A DNA stretch of 64,000 nt, taken from the NCBI GenBank assembly GCA_016783555.1, contig JADHWH010000001.1:16913-80912 (forward strand). The letters run 5' to 3'. Below are positions 9,443 through 17,645 of the stretch, piece by piece. Under the pieces are notes generated by a model. It was given only the letters and a program-made list of their open reading frames with translations. It did no database searches and was not told the origin of the DNA. Both the position numbers and the translations under genes were made by a program. Origin of the DNA: Candidatus Omnitrophota bacterium. Its GTDB lineage: Bacteria > Omnitrophota > Gorgyraeia > JABMRJ01. Every line of letters begins with the position of its first letter. Positions within the stretch are counted from its first letter, which is position 1.

Positions 9443-10144
9443 TTATCTCTTGGATATAAGAGATTTGATCTTCTCCAGGTCCTCGATAGTATCGACATCC
9501 ATGGATATCTTTCTATTCATAACCAGCACCCCGCAATCTTTCGATATAATAGCCTTTTCGTTAAAGAGTGTCTCTCTCTTCGTAACATATATAGCGCCGT
9601 TAGGCTGGTATGTCTTTGGAAGCTGCTGGCTCTCCTTCCTGAAATAATCTGTCCCGTCATTAACAAGAGGGAAGGCCCGGTTCTTCTTTACGTGCACTAC
9701 CCAATAGGGGGGATATGCCGTCTCCATAACACTCATCAGGGAACCGCACCCCGATCTCTTTAGGATCTCTATCGCTTTATCTATATGGTCTTTCGTCCTT
9801 AACGGGGATGTGGGCTGCAAGGTCACAATAAGATCTATCCCGTAGCCTCTCTTTTCAATAAAATTTACCGCATGTTCTATTACCGGGGGGGTATGGGTAG
9901 AGTCTTGCGCAAGGTGTTTCGGCCTCATAAAAGGCACTTCAGCGCCGTGTTCTTCAGAGACTTTCGCGATCTCTTCGTTATCGGTAGTCACTATAACCCT
10001 GTCGGTATAGGCGCTCTTTAATGCCGCCTCTATCGTATATGCTATAAGCGGTCTCCCGCAGAGATCTATAATATTTTTACCCGGCAGGCCCTTCGATCCT
10101 CCCCTTGCGGGTATCACTGCAACAACCTTTAACTTCCCAATCAT
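9443..10144 (-). CDS. neuA: CMP-nonulosonate synthetase (NeuA/LegF family)
   Basis: IPARGGSKGLPGKN, LQPTSP, PNGAIY; start set at ATG 10144 behind GAGGAG. Confidence 0.88.
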   Translation of the reverse strand: MIGKLKVVAVIPARGGSKGLPGKNIIDLCGRPLIAYTIEAALKSAYTDRVIVTTDNEEIAKVSEEHGAEVPFMRPKHLAQDSTHTPPVIEHAVNFIEKRGYGIDLIVTLQPTSPLRTKDHIDKAIEILKRSGCGSLMSVMETAYPPYWVVHVKKNRAFPLVNDGTDYFRKESQQLPKTYQPNGAIYVTKRETLFNEKAIISKDCGVLVMNRKISMDVDTIEDLEKIKSLISKR

Positions 10145-10162
10145 CTTATCTTTGCTCCTCTC

Positions 10163-10299
10163 GTCATTGCGAGCGATTGCTTCGCCCGTCATTGCGAGCC
10201 AGCCGAAGGCTGGCGAAGCAATCTGGGACGGGCTCGCAACAGGCTGCGTTCGCGAAGCAATCTCTTAAGATTGCTTCGCCCCTTCGGGGCTCGCAATGA
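10163..10299. repeat. Nested REP-like palindrome cluster (GTCATTGCGAG / CGAAGCAATC units)
   Basis: GTCATTGCGAG at 10163 and 10188; GATTGCTTCG at 10175 and 10269; CGAAGCAATC at 10214 and 10253; CTCGCAATGA at 10290. Confidence 0.8.
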
Positions 10300-10310
10300 A
10301 ATTCGGCCGT

Positions 10311-10344
10311 ATGATTTACGCTCCTTTACAGTCGCGTAAATCAT
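10311..10344. repeat. Hairpin ATGATTTACGC...GCGTAAATCAT overlapping a stop codon
   Basis: 11-bp perfect inverted repeat 10311-10321/10334-10344. Confidence 0.6.
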
Positions 10345-11555
10345 GGCCTTATTTCACCTATATTGTCAAATATTTTTTTAACTGCGCTTACGATATCCTT
10401 CATGTCTTCTATATTATATGGGTAGTGCATGGCCGTTATACATATCAACCTGCGGCAGACATCTTCAGCAACTCTGCATTTAATACCTCCAAAGCCGGCT
10501 TCTTTTAATTTCTCCTTGAATATGGGTGTCTTATATAGAGGTTGAGGGTATCCGCGTGAGAGCGTTATCCCTTCGGATTCCATAAGCTCTATAAATCTAT
10601 CCTTCGCGACGCCTATCTCTCTCTCATTATATAAAATGGGATATAGATGAGAAATCTCACCTTCTTTGTATCTCATAACCTCAAGCCCGCTGAATCTACC
10701 CAATTCTTTCTGGAGGTAAGAGACGTTCTTTCTTCTTATCTCGTTTAATGAGTCGAGCTTCTTTAACTGTTCTATGCCGAGCGCCGCGTGTATCTCGGTC
10801 ATCCTGAAGTTATACCCTAATATATTTGAGATATACTCTCTCGGCCTCCCCTTGGTCCAGACCTCACCGTGATTTCGTATAAGGCGGCACCTATCGGCAA
10901 TCTCATCCGAATTCGTCGTCACCATCCCGCCTTCGCCTATAACCATATTCTTTGTCTCGACAAAGCTGAATACCCCAGCGTCGCCTATCGAGCCGACCAT
11001 GCGGCCTTCGTGCTTACAACCGGGCGACTGGCACGCGTCTTCTATTACCTTAAGGCTATCTTCTTTTGCTATAGCCAAAATCTCGTCCATATTGCATACC
11101 TTGCCGTAGATATGGACCGGGACTATTGCCTTGGTCTTTTTGGTTATGGCCGCTTTAATCTTCTTAGGATCTATACAAAATGTATCCGGTTCAATATCCG
11201 CAAAGACGGTAGCCGCACCTACCATCAACACTGAAGAAGCAGTAGCGGTAAAGGTAAACGGCGGCACTATCACTTCGTCTCCGGGGCCGATATTGCAAGC
11301 GGCGAGGGCCGCGTGGAGCGCCGATGTGCCAGAATTGAATACTATCGCATATCGGGTTCCTATATATTTTGCAAAATCTTTTTCAAACTTCTGTACCATC
11401 TCACCGCCGAGGAAATCCTTATAAAATCCAGATAGACTCTTCTTTCTTAGAACCTTATTTACAGAAGCTATCTCTTCATCTCCGATTGGCGCGGAATAAT
11501 CAAACCTTTTCTCCCGGGTCTTTTTGCCGCCATGAATAAATAATCTCTCTTTCAC
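10341..11555 (-). CDS. DegT/DnrJ/EryC1/StrS PLP aminotransferase
   Basis: NSGTSAL, GPGDEVIVP, IEDACQS, SFVETKN..GEGG; GTG start supplied by an inserted element. Confidence 0.9.
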   Translation of the reverse strand: MKERLFIHGGKKTREKRFDYSAPIGDEEIASVNKVLRKKSLSGFYKDFLGGEMVQKFEKDFAKYIGTRYAIVFNSGTSALHAALAACNIGPGDEVIVPPFTFTATASSVLMVGAATVFADIEPDTFCIDPKKIKAAITKKTKAIVPVHIYGKVCNMDEILAIAKEDSLKVIEDACQSPGCKHEGRMVGSIGDAGVFSFVETKNMVIGEGGMVTTNSDEIADRCRLIRNHGEVWTKGRPREYISNILGYNFRMTEIHAALGIEQLKKLDSLNEIRRKNVSYLQKELGRFSGLEVMRYKEGEISHLYPILYNEREIGVAKDRFIELMESEGITLSRGYPQPLYKTPIFKEKLKEAGFGGIKCRVAEDVCRRLICITAMHYPYNIEDMKDIVSAVKKIFDNIGEIRP

Positions 11556-11611
11556 CCCGTTAGACCTCCCTATCTATTTTCCCCATCAGCCTCTTATGAG
11601 GTCTAACGGGG
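11555..11611. mobile_element. Start-codon-inserted miniature element, family A, 57 bp
   Basis: 14-bp perfect TIR; direct TTCA at 11551-11554 and 11612-11615. Confidence 0.85.
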
Positions 11612-11612
11612 T

Positions 11613-12674
11613 TCATTCTAACCTTCCGTTTTTTGTAAAAGATGTCTCTCGCGGAATCAGTCTTAAGCTCCTATCCTTAAGGGGTAAGGTAATCTTTTTG
11701 GTCTTCTCTCTATCCGATTCGTGAAATGCCATGGCTACCTCAACCGTTGCCATCCCATCTTCGCCCGTGCATAAAGGAGGTTCTTTATTGTCTAAAACAT
11801 TTACTATATTTCTGACCGCATTGAGCATAGGCGGAGTCCACCTTGAGCTCTTTAAGTTTGCTCTTCTCAACTCTTTTATGCCGCTCTCCTTGCGGCTCGC
11901 CTGCGCCTTTAAGAGTCTGTATGCATCGTCTCTTCTAATCTGACCGCCTAAATCTATCATACCCTTCTGGCCGTATATATTTGCGCCGAATAAGACATAC
12001 TCCCTGAAGCCCGAGTAGAAGAAAGTCAGGATATCGTTCTTAAACCTTACAGTCCCCCTTCCGCCAGGATCAGTGCTTCCATCCGGAATGAGCGCCCCGG
12101 AGACAGAGAGCACATCACCGAAGTAATACCGCAGGATATCGAATAGATGTGTGCCGCTATTCATAAGCCCAGCCGCAGCAAAGGCGATTATTAGATCCAC
12201 CTTTCCTATATCGCCTTTATCCAGCATGCCCTTTACGTCATTAAATGATCTGTCCCATCTCCTTGTATGGTTAACCATAAGTACGGTCTTGTTTCTCTTG
12301 CAGACTCTTATCATCTCGTCGGCCTCTTCAAGCGATGCAGCTATAGGTTTCTCGCAGAATATGGCTCGGACGCCGGCCGCGCTTGCGGCTCCACAGACCT
12401 CTTTATGCAATGTGGTGGGGGTAGCGATGCTGACGATATCAAGATCTACCTTTTTCAACATCTTCCTGTAATCCGTATAGATATTTTTTATATCATACTT
12501 CTTCGATATGCCCTTAAGCTTCTCTCTATCAAGATCGCATACCGCACTAAACTCGGTCTTTTTATTGAGAAGATAAGCCTCAGCGTGGCTAACAGGCTGG
12601 TCTGCCAGCCTGTCCTCGTTGAATAACCAACCCATTCTGCCGCAACCGATTATTCCCACTCTGTACTTTCTCAT
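11613..12674 (-). CDS. Gfo/Idh/MocA family oxidoreductase
   Basis: IIGCGRMG, ATPTTLH, CEKPIA, NHTRRW, GTH. Confidence 0.88.
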   Translation of the reverse strand: MRKYRVGIIGCGRMGWLFNEDRLADQPVSHAEAYLLNKKTEFSAVCDLDREKLKGISKKYDIKNIYTDYRKMLKKVDLDIVSIATPTTLHKEVCGAASAAGVRAIFCEKPIAASLEEADEMIRVCKRNKTVLMVNHTRRWDRSFNDVKGMLDKGDIGKVDLIIAFAAAGLMNSGTHLFDILRYYFGDVLSVSGALIPDGSTDPGGRGTVRFKNDILTFFYSGFREYVLFGANIYGQKGMIDLGGQIRRDDAYRLLKAQASRKESGIKELRRANLKSSRWTPPMLNAVRNIVNVLDNKEPPLCTGEDGMATVEVAMAFHESDREKTKKITLPLKDRSLRLIPRETSFTKNGRLE

Positions 12675-13876
12675 ATCCTTTTGCCTCTCCTCCTATTCTT
12701 TACGGGTAATTCAAAATCCAAATCAAGGAACCTCTTCTTTGAGGTAATGTTGTCAAGCCCTCTTACTATGCCAACAATCTTCCTCGACGTACTCCCGTCT
12801 CCATAAGGGTTTATTATTTCTTTACAGGTCTTTCTAAAATCGCTGGAGAGGGCCTTTCTAAATGCCCTCTTCAAAGACCCTCGTCCTTCCTTCACATCAA
12901 TGACAGTGTCGGCTCTGACCCTGCCTCTCTGTCTATCGCCGATATTTATCGTGGGTATCCCAAATGACGGCGCCTCGATTATGCCGCTCGATGAATTGCC
13001 TGCTACCACGTCCATATGAAAGAGTGTGTTTAGATAGAGCTGGCGGCCCATCGATGAAAAAGATTTGGCGCTCTCTCTATTATTATAAATGTACATATCT
13101 ATCATCTTTTCAATCGTGTCGTAGTAGATATCTACGTTCGGTTTCGTAAATATAACCTTCGCGTCTTTCAATAGAGCCAAGGCGTCTAAGAGGCCTTTAA
13201 ATTCGCTTACCGTCTTATCTCTGCTCTCTTGCGTAGACGGATTATATGTCACCATTATATTATTCTTACCTAATCTAAAATCTATCCTTTTTTCAAGTTC
13301 ATTCTTCTTTAAAGGTTTTATTCTCTTTATGTTGTCGAGCCCCAGCGCGCCTACATTGAATACTCTCTTGGGCTCTTCGCCCATCTGTATAACCCTCTTT
13401 CTATATATATCAGTCGATACAAAATGGAGGTGTGATATCTTTGTTATGGCATGCCTAAGAGAGTCATCCATTGAGCCCTCCGTAAGCTCCCCGCCATGTA
13501 TATGGGCGATGGGAACTTTAAGAAAGAATGCCGCTTGCGCAGCCGTGAATGTCTCGAACCTATCCCCCAATAAAAATAGAAGCTCTGGCCTTAATATATT
13601 CAAGACGTCCGTAAGCCTTGTGACCCCGATGCCTACCGTCTTTGCTATAGCCTCCTCTCTATCTTCCTCAAGGGGCATGGCAATTTTTGCGTCTATCTCG
13701 AAACCGTCATCTTCTATCTCCTTATAGGTTAAACCGGACTCAGGCATCAGGTGTCCTGCCGTTGCTACCAATTTAAGGTCTAATCTTCTATCCTTCTTTA
13801 TCTGGCTTGCCAGCGGATATAACAAGCCCCATTCTGCCCTGCTCCCTGTTATGATACAAACCTTCTTTTTCTTCAC
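12671..13876 (-). CDS. neuC: Hydrolysing NDP-HexNAc 2-epimerase (NeuC/LegG)
   Basis: ITGSRAEWG, LGDRFE, HIHGGE, GNSSSGIIEAP, NPYGDG; start GTG 13876 from an inserted element. Confidence 0.92.
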   Translation of the reverse strand: MKKKKVCIITGSRAEWGLLYPLASQIKKDRRLDLKLVATAGHLMPESGLTYKEIEDDGFEIDAKIAMPLEEDREEAIAKTVGIGVTRLTDVLNILRPELLFLLGDRFETFTAAQAAFFLKVPIAHIHGGELTEGSMDDSLRHAITKISHLHFVSTDIYRKRVIQMGEEPKRVFNVGALGLDNIKRIKPLKKNELEKRIDFRLGKNNIMVTYNPSTQESRDKTVSEFKGLLDALALLKDAKVIFTKPNVDIYYDTIEKMIDMYIYNNRESAKSFSSMGRQLYLNTLFHMDVVAGNSSSGIIEAPSFGIPTINIGDRQRGRVRADTVIDVKEGRGSLKRAFRKALSSDFRKTCKEIINPYGDGSTSRKIVGIVRGLDNITSKKRFLDLDFELPVKNRRRGKRI

Positions 13877-13924
13877 CCCGTTAGACCTCCTCACCCCGTT
13901 GACCTCTCATGAGGTCTAACGGGG
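13876..13924. mobile_element. Start-codon-inserted miniature element, family A, 49 bp
   Basis: 14-bp perfect TIR; direct TTCA at 13872-13875 and 13925-13928; near-identical to the 6789 copy. Confidence 0.85.
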
Positions 13925-13925
13925 T

Positions 13926-15554
13926 TCATATCTCTATCAGCTCATCTTTCTTAAAATTTCTTTTTGCGGGTCTTCCGACTACCGCATCCCACTCCATCGG
14001 GCTTATCCCTTTTGCGGGCCTCTTTGTAGTCAGGTTCTCTTCGGTAAAGATCTCGCCGGTCTTTATACGGCTCGATGCGACGATGCTCTTACGCACCACA
14101 TCTCTATTCTTAAACTCAGACGGTGTAGTCCTCTTTATTCCGTCCCCCAATACCTCTTCTATATTCCTAACGGCCTTTACCATATTCTTAAGCTCCTCGG
14201 GATCTAAAGAGGCCTTATGATCCGGCCCCGGCATCTTCTTATTGAGCGTAAAATGTTTCTCTATAACCTCCGCGCCCAAAGATGCGGCCGCCACAGGGAC
14301 CTCTATTCCCGGCGTGTGATCGGAATATCCCGCCTTTACTCTTAATCTCTTTCTTATAGCAAGCATGGCTGACAGATTCACATCCCTGTACGGCGTCGGA
14401 TACTCCGTGTTGCAATGTAAGACCGTTATATCCTTCCTGCGTGTCCCCGCCTTAACCAGTATGCGGACTGCCCCCTCCACATCCCTTAAGCTGGACATGC
14501 CGCTTGATAATATGACCTTCTTCTTGAGTGCCCCTATTCTCTTTAAAAAAGGGAGGTCCGTTATCTGGCCCGAAGGTATCTTATACATATCGAGCCCGTA
14601 ACTCTTCAAGAGATCTATGCTCTTTAAATCGAAGGGGCTGGAGAGGAATTTTATCTCTCTTTTTTTGCAATAATTTATAATTTTTTTGTGGGCCCTCTTA
14701 TCCAGCTCCAGCTTTTTTAGCATACTAAGCTGTGATTCTTTTCGTCTCTCTTTCTGATATTCGGCCTTGGGGGCATCTCTGCTTACAAGGCCCTCCGCGC
14801 TGAACGTCTGGAATTTTACGGCGTCCGCGCCGGCAGTCTTCGCCGCATCGACCATCTTCTTTGCAACTCTTACAGAACCGTTATGGTTTACCCCCGCCTC
14901 TGCGATTATAAAGACCCTTCTCTTCCTTGCATAAGGAGTTATGTATCTGGCATTCTTCTCCACTCGCCGGCGTATTACCTCACCTGAACCTATCATAGAC
15001 TCTCTTTCTATCGTTACATTCTGTATGACCTTAGCGCCCGTGCCTATATGCGTTCCATATCCCACCCTGACGCCGCCGCTCAGCACCACTCCGGGCGCCA
15101 CATGTGTAAATCCCTCTATCCTGCAATCGTGATCCACCGATGAAGACGTATTTATAATAACGTTTTCTCCTATCCATGTGCCTGTATTGACAACCGCCCT
15201 CGCCGCGATAAACGTCCCCTCGCCTATAGAGACGTCTTTTGCCACGACGCTCTTAGGGTGAATTATAATAGGGAGCCTAAACCCGATCGCCTTAATACGC
15301 CTGTAGATATTCTCTCGTCTATGGAAATCACCTATGGAACCGACTCCTATAAAGGCGTGCCTTATGCCCTTTTTGAATATTTCCGGCAGCATCTTATCCG
15401 TGCCTAAGATTTTAACTCCGGAGATACGCGAACCTCTCTTTAGCCCGGGATCTACTACGCCGTAAATCTTATATACCCCCGCTTCTCGGATTGCGTCTAT
15501 AACCACCTTCGCGTGCCCGCCCCCTCCTATAAGCAGCAACCTCTTCTTCTGCAT
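13926..15554 (-). CDS. neuB: Fusion of NeuD/PglD-type hexapeptide acetyltransferase and nonulosonate synthase NeuB/LegI
   Basis: N-half IGGGGHA, IIHP, VDHDC hexapeptide repeats; C-half IIAEAGVNHNG, VKFQTF, GYSDHT, IEKHFT, SAF domain; start at ATG 15554. Confidence 0.88.
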   Translation of the reverse strand: MQKKRLLLIGGGGHAKVVIDAIREAGVYKIYGVVDPGLKRGSRISGVKILGTDKMLPEIFKKGIRHAFIGVGSIGDFHRRENIYRRIKAIGFRLPIIIHPKSVVAKDVSIGEGTFIAARAVVNTGTWIGENVIINTSSSVDHDCRIEGFTHVAPGVVLSGGVRVGYGTHIGTGAKVIQNVTIERESMIGSGEVIRRRVEKNARYITPYARKRRVFIIAEAGVNHNGSVRVAKKMVDAAKTAGADAVKFQTFSAEGLVSRDAPKAEYQKERRKESQLSMLKKLELDKRAHKKIINYCKKREIKFLSSPFDLKSIDLLKSYGLDMYKIPSGQITDLPFLKRIGALKKKVILSSGMSSLRDVEGAVRILVKAGTRRKDITVLHCNTEYPTPYRDVNLSAMLAIRKRLRVKAGYSDHTPGIEVPVAAASLGAEVIEKHFTLNKKMPGPDHKASLDPEELKNMVKAVRNIEEVLGDGIKRTTPSEFKNRDVVRKSIVASSRIKTGEIFTEENLTTKRPAKGISPMEWDAVVGRPAKRNFKKDELIEI

Positions 15555-15556
15555 CC

Positions 15557-16654
15557 TTACATTACCTCCTTTAAGGCCTTGCATATGTAATCTATATCAT
15601 CTGGCGTGTTGAGAGTAGAGCTCGGCAGGGAAAGGCCCCTATTGTAAATATCAAATGAGTTTTTATAATCTCTTTTTTTGTAACTCTTATAAGGCGGAAA
15701 TTCGATTACCGGAGTAAATATCCTTCTCGTAGGTATGCCTCTATCCACAAGTCTTTTCTGCAAGACCGCTATATCCATATCCTTTTCAAATAGAATAGAA
15801 TTAAGCCAGTATGCGCTCTCTGCATTCTCATGAACCTCTTGAAAACGTATAGACTCTATACTCTTTAGTTCCTGGCGGTATATCTCATTAAAAAGCTTCT
15901 TCTTGTTTAAAAATTCATCCAGCCTTTCTAACTGAGCAAGACCCAGGGCGGCCTCTATATTCGTCATCCTGTCGTTAAAACCTATCTCGGGATGATAATA
16001 CTCTTTAGAGTTATCCCTCGCTTGATTCACCAGAAACTTTATGTGATTTAAGCTATCCACATTTTTCCCTACCACCATACCACCGCCGCCCGTAGTGATA
16101 ATCTTATTTCCATTAAAGCTGAAACATCCGAAGTTGCCGATAGTGCCCGTATGTCTTGAGCCATATCTTGCGCCCAGGCTCTCTGTTGCGTCCTCTATTA
16201 CGTATATATTATGGTCCCTTGCCACCTTCATAATGCCTTCCATATCGCAGGGGTTGCCGTATATATGGACCGGTATCACCGCCTTTGTCTTTTTTGTGAT
16301 ATTCCTCTCTATCTCTTTAACGTCTATATTCCACGTCAGGGGATCTACGTCTACGAATACAGGAGTAGCGCCTTCATATATTACGGGATTTACGGTTGCG
16401 ATAAAGGTAAGCGCGGGGACTATTACCTCGTCTCCGGCGCCTATGCCGAGTTCATGCAGGGCTATGTGTATAGCCGCGGTCCCGCTCTGTGTCGAGGCGG
16501 CGTCTCTTATGCCCAGATACCCGGCGAACCTCTTTTCAAACTCGGTTACAAAAGGGCCGACTGTGGATACAAAGTTAGCGTCTATGGCTCTGTTTAAATA
16601 GCCCTTTTCCAGATCACCGAGATTCGGCGCGTCTAAATGCATCTTTTTACACAT
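15557..16654 (-). CDS. legC: LegC family aminotransferase
   Basis: FVSTVG.FV..FE, EDATESLG, SFNGNKIITTGGGG. Confidence 0.85.
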   Translation of the reverse strand: MCKKMHLDAPNLGDLEKGYLNRAIDANFVSTVGPFVTEFEKRFAGYLGIRDAASTQSGTAAIHIALHELGIGAGDEVIVPALTFIATVNPVIYEGATPVFVDVDPLTWNIDVKEIERNITKKTKAVIPVHIYGNPCDMEGIMKVARDHNIYVIEDATESLGARYGSRHTGTIGNFGCFSFNGNKIITTGGGGMVVGKNVDSLNHIKFLVNQARDNSKEYYHPEIGFNDRMTNIEAALGLAQLERLDEFLNKKKLFNEIYRQELKSIESIRFQEVHENAESAYWLNSILFEKDMDIAVLQKRLVDRGIPTRRIFTPVIEFPPYKSYKKRDYKNSFDIYNRGLSLPSSTLNTPDDIDYICKALKEVM

Positions 16655-17645
16655 TGTAAATATCCGCCTTGTATAATTTAAATCCTCTTTTTCTTTTAAA
16701 CCAATTTATGGTTTCATCCAGGCCCTTATCCAGTGAATATCTAGGAGACCAGCCTGTAAGCTCCCTTATCTTTTTATTCTCCCCCAAAAGCTGCATCACC
16801 TCTGAATTCTCCGGCCTGACCCTTTTTTTGTCTAAGACTACGCGGGCCTTGGGATTTATCTTTTTTATGATTCTATCGGCAAGCTCACCTATGCTTACCT
16901 CTCTCTTGCTTGCTATATTTATCTCCTCGCCTATGGTCCTGTCGGAAGAGGCGATAGACAAGAAACCGTCGCATACATCCTTCACATAATTTAAATCCCT
17001 TGTGGGCGTTAACGATCCCAGCATTACATCCTTCTTTCCGCTTAAAAGCTGGATTATTATCGCAGGGATTATGGCCCTTGCCGACTGTCTTGGTCCGTAT
17101 GTATTAAAGGGCCTTACTATGGTAACAGGCACGTCAAAAGATTTAAAGAAAGACTCGGCAATCTTATCCGCGCCTATCTTCGATGCGCTATAGGGAGACT
17201 GGCCCTGCAGGGGATGGTTCTCTTCTATAGGTATTCTCTTTGCCGTACCATAGACCTCGGATGTAGATGTTACCAATATCCTCTTTAATTTAAGCTCCAT
17301 CCCGGCCTGCATAATATTCAACGTGCCCTTTATATTGGTATCAACATAGGAGTCCGGCGCGTGATAAGAGAAGGGTATGCCGATTAACGCGGCCAGGTGA
17401 AAGACCATATCCATGCCCTTCATCGCCTTCCTTACGCTGTTCGGATCCCGCACATCGCCTGAAAATATCTCGATCTTCCTTGTCTTCTTCCGGTCGAAGC
17501 TGTCAAGCCAGCCCCAGGAATTGAATGCGTTGTAATATGTAAAGGCCTTCACCTTACATCCGCATCTTATTAACCTCTCGACGAGATGGCTTCCTATAAA
17601 ACCGTCCGCCCCCGTCACTAATACCCTCTTATTTCGCATCTGCAT
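16647..17645 (-). CDS. legB: NAD-dependent 4,6-dehydratase LegB
   Basis: VTGADGFIGSHL, YYNAFNSWGWLD, ALIGIPFSY, STSEVYG, QSPYSASK; start 17645 or 17639. Confidence 0.9.
   Translation of the reverse strand: MQMRNKRVLVTGADGFIGSHLVERLIRCGCKVKAFTYYNAFNSWGWLDSFDRKKTRKIEIFSGDVRDPNSVRKAMKGMDMVFHLAALIGIPFSYHAPDSYVDTNIKGTLNIMQAGMELKLKRILVTSTSEVYGTAKRIPIEENHPLQGQSPYSASKIGADKIAESFFKSFDVPVTIVRPFNTYGPRQSARAIIPAIIIQLLSGKKDVMLGSLTPTRDLNYVKDVCDGFLSIASSDRTIGEEINIASKREVSIGELADRIIKKINPKARVVLDKKRVRPENSEVMQLLGENKKIRELTGWSPRYSLDKGLDETINWFKRKRGFKLYKADIYNV

Noticed and set aside
10145-10299. N-terminal extension MTGEAIARND... and ORF 10105..10299
   Set aside because: Translations of the REP-like cluster; a good SD precedes ATG 10144
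2093-13928. Family A repeats as a CRISPR array or rho-independent terminators
   Set aside because: Copies are kilobases apart with no spacer periodicity and no cas genes; there is no U-tract and they sit at start codons inside an operon
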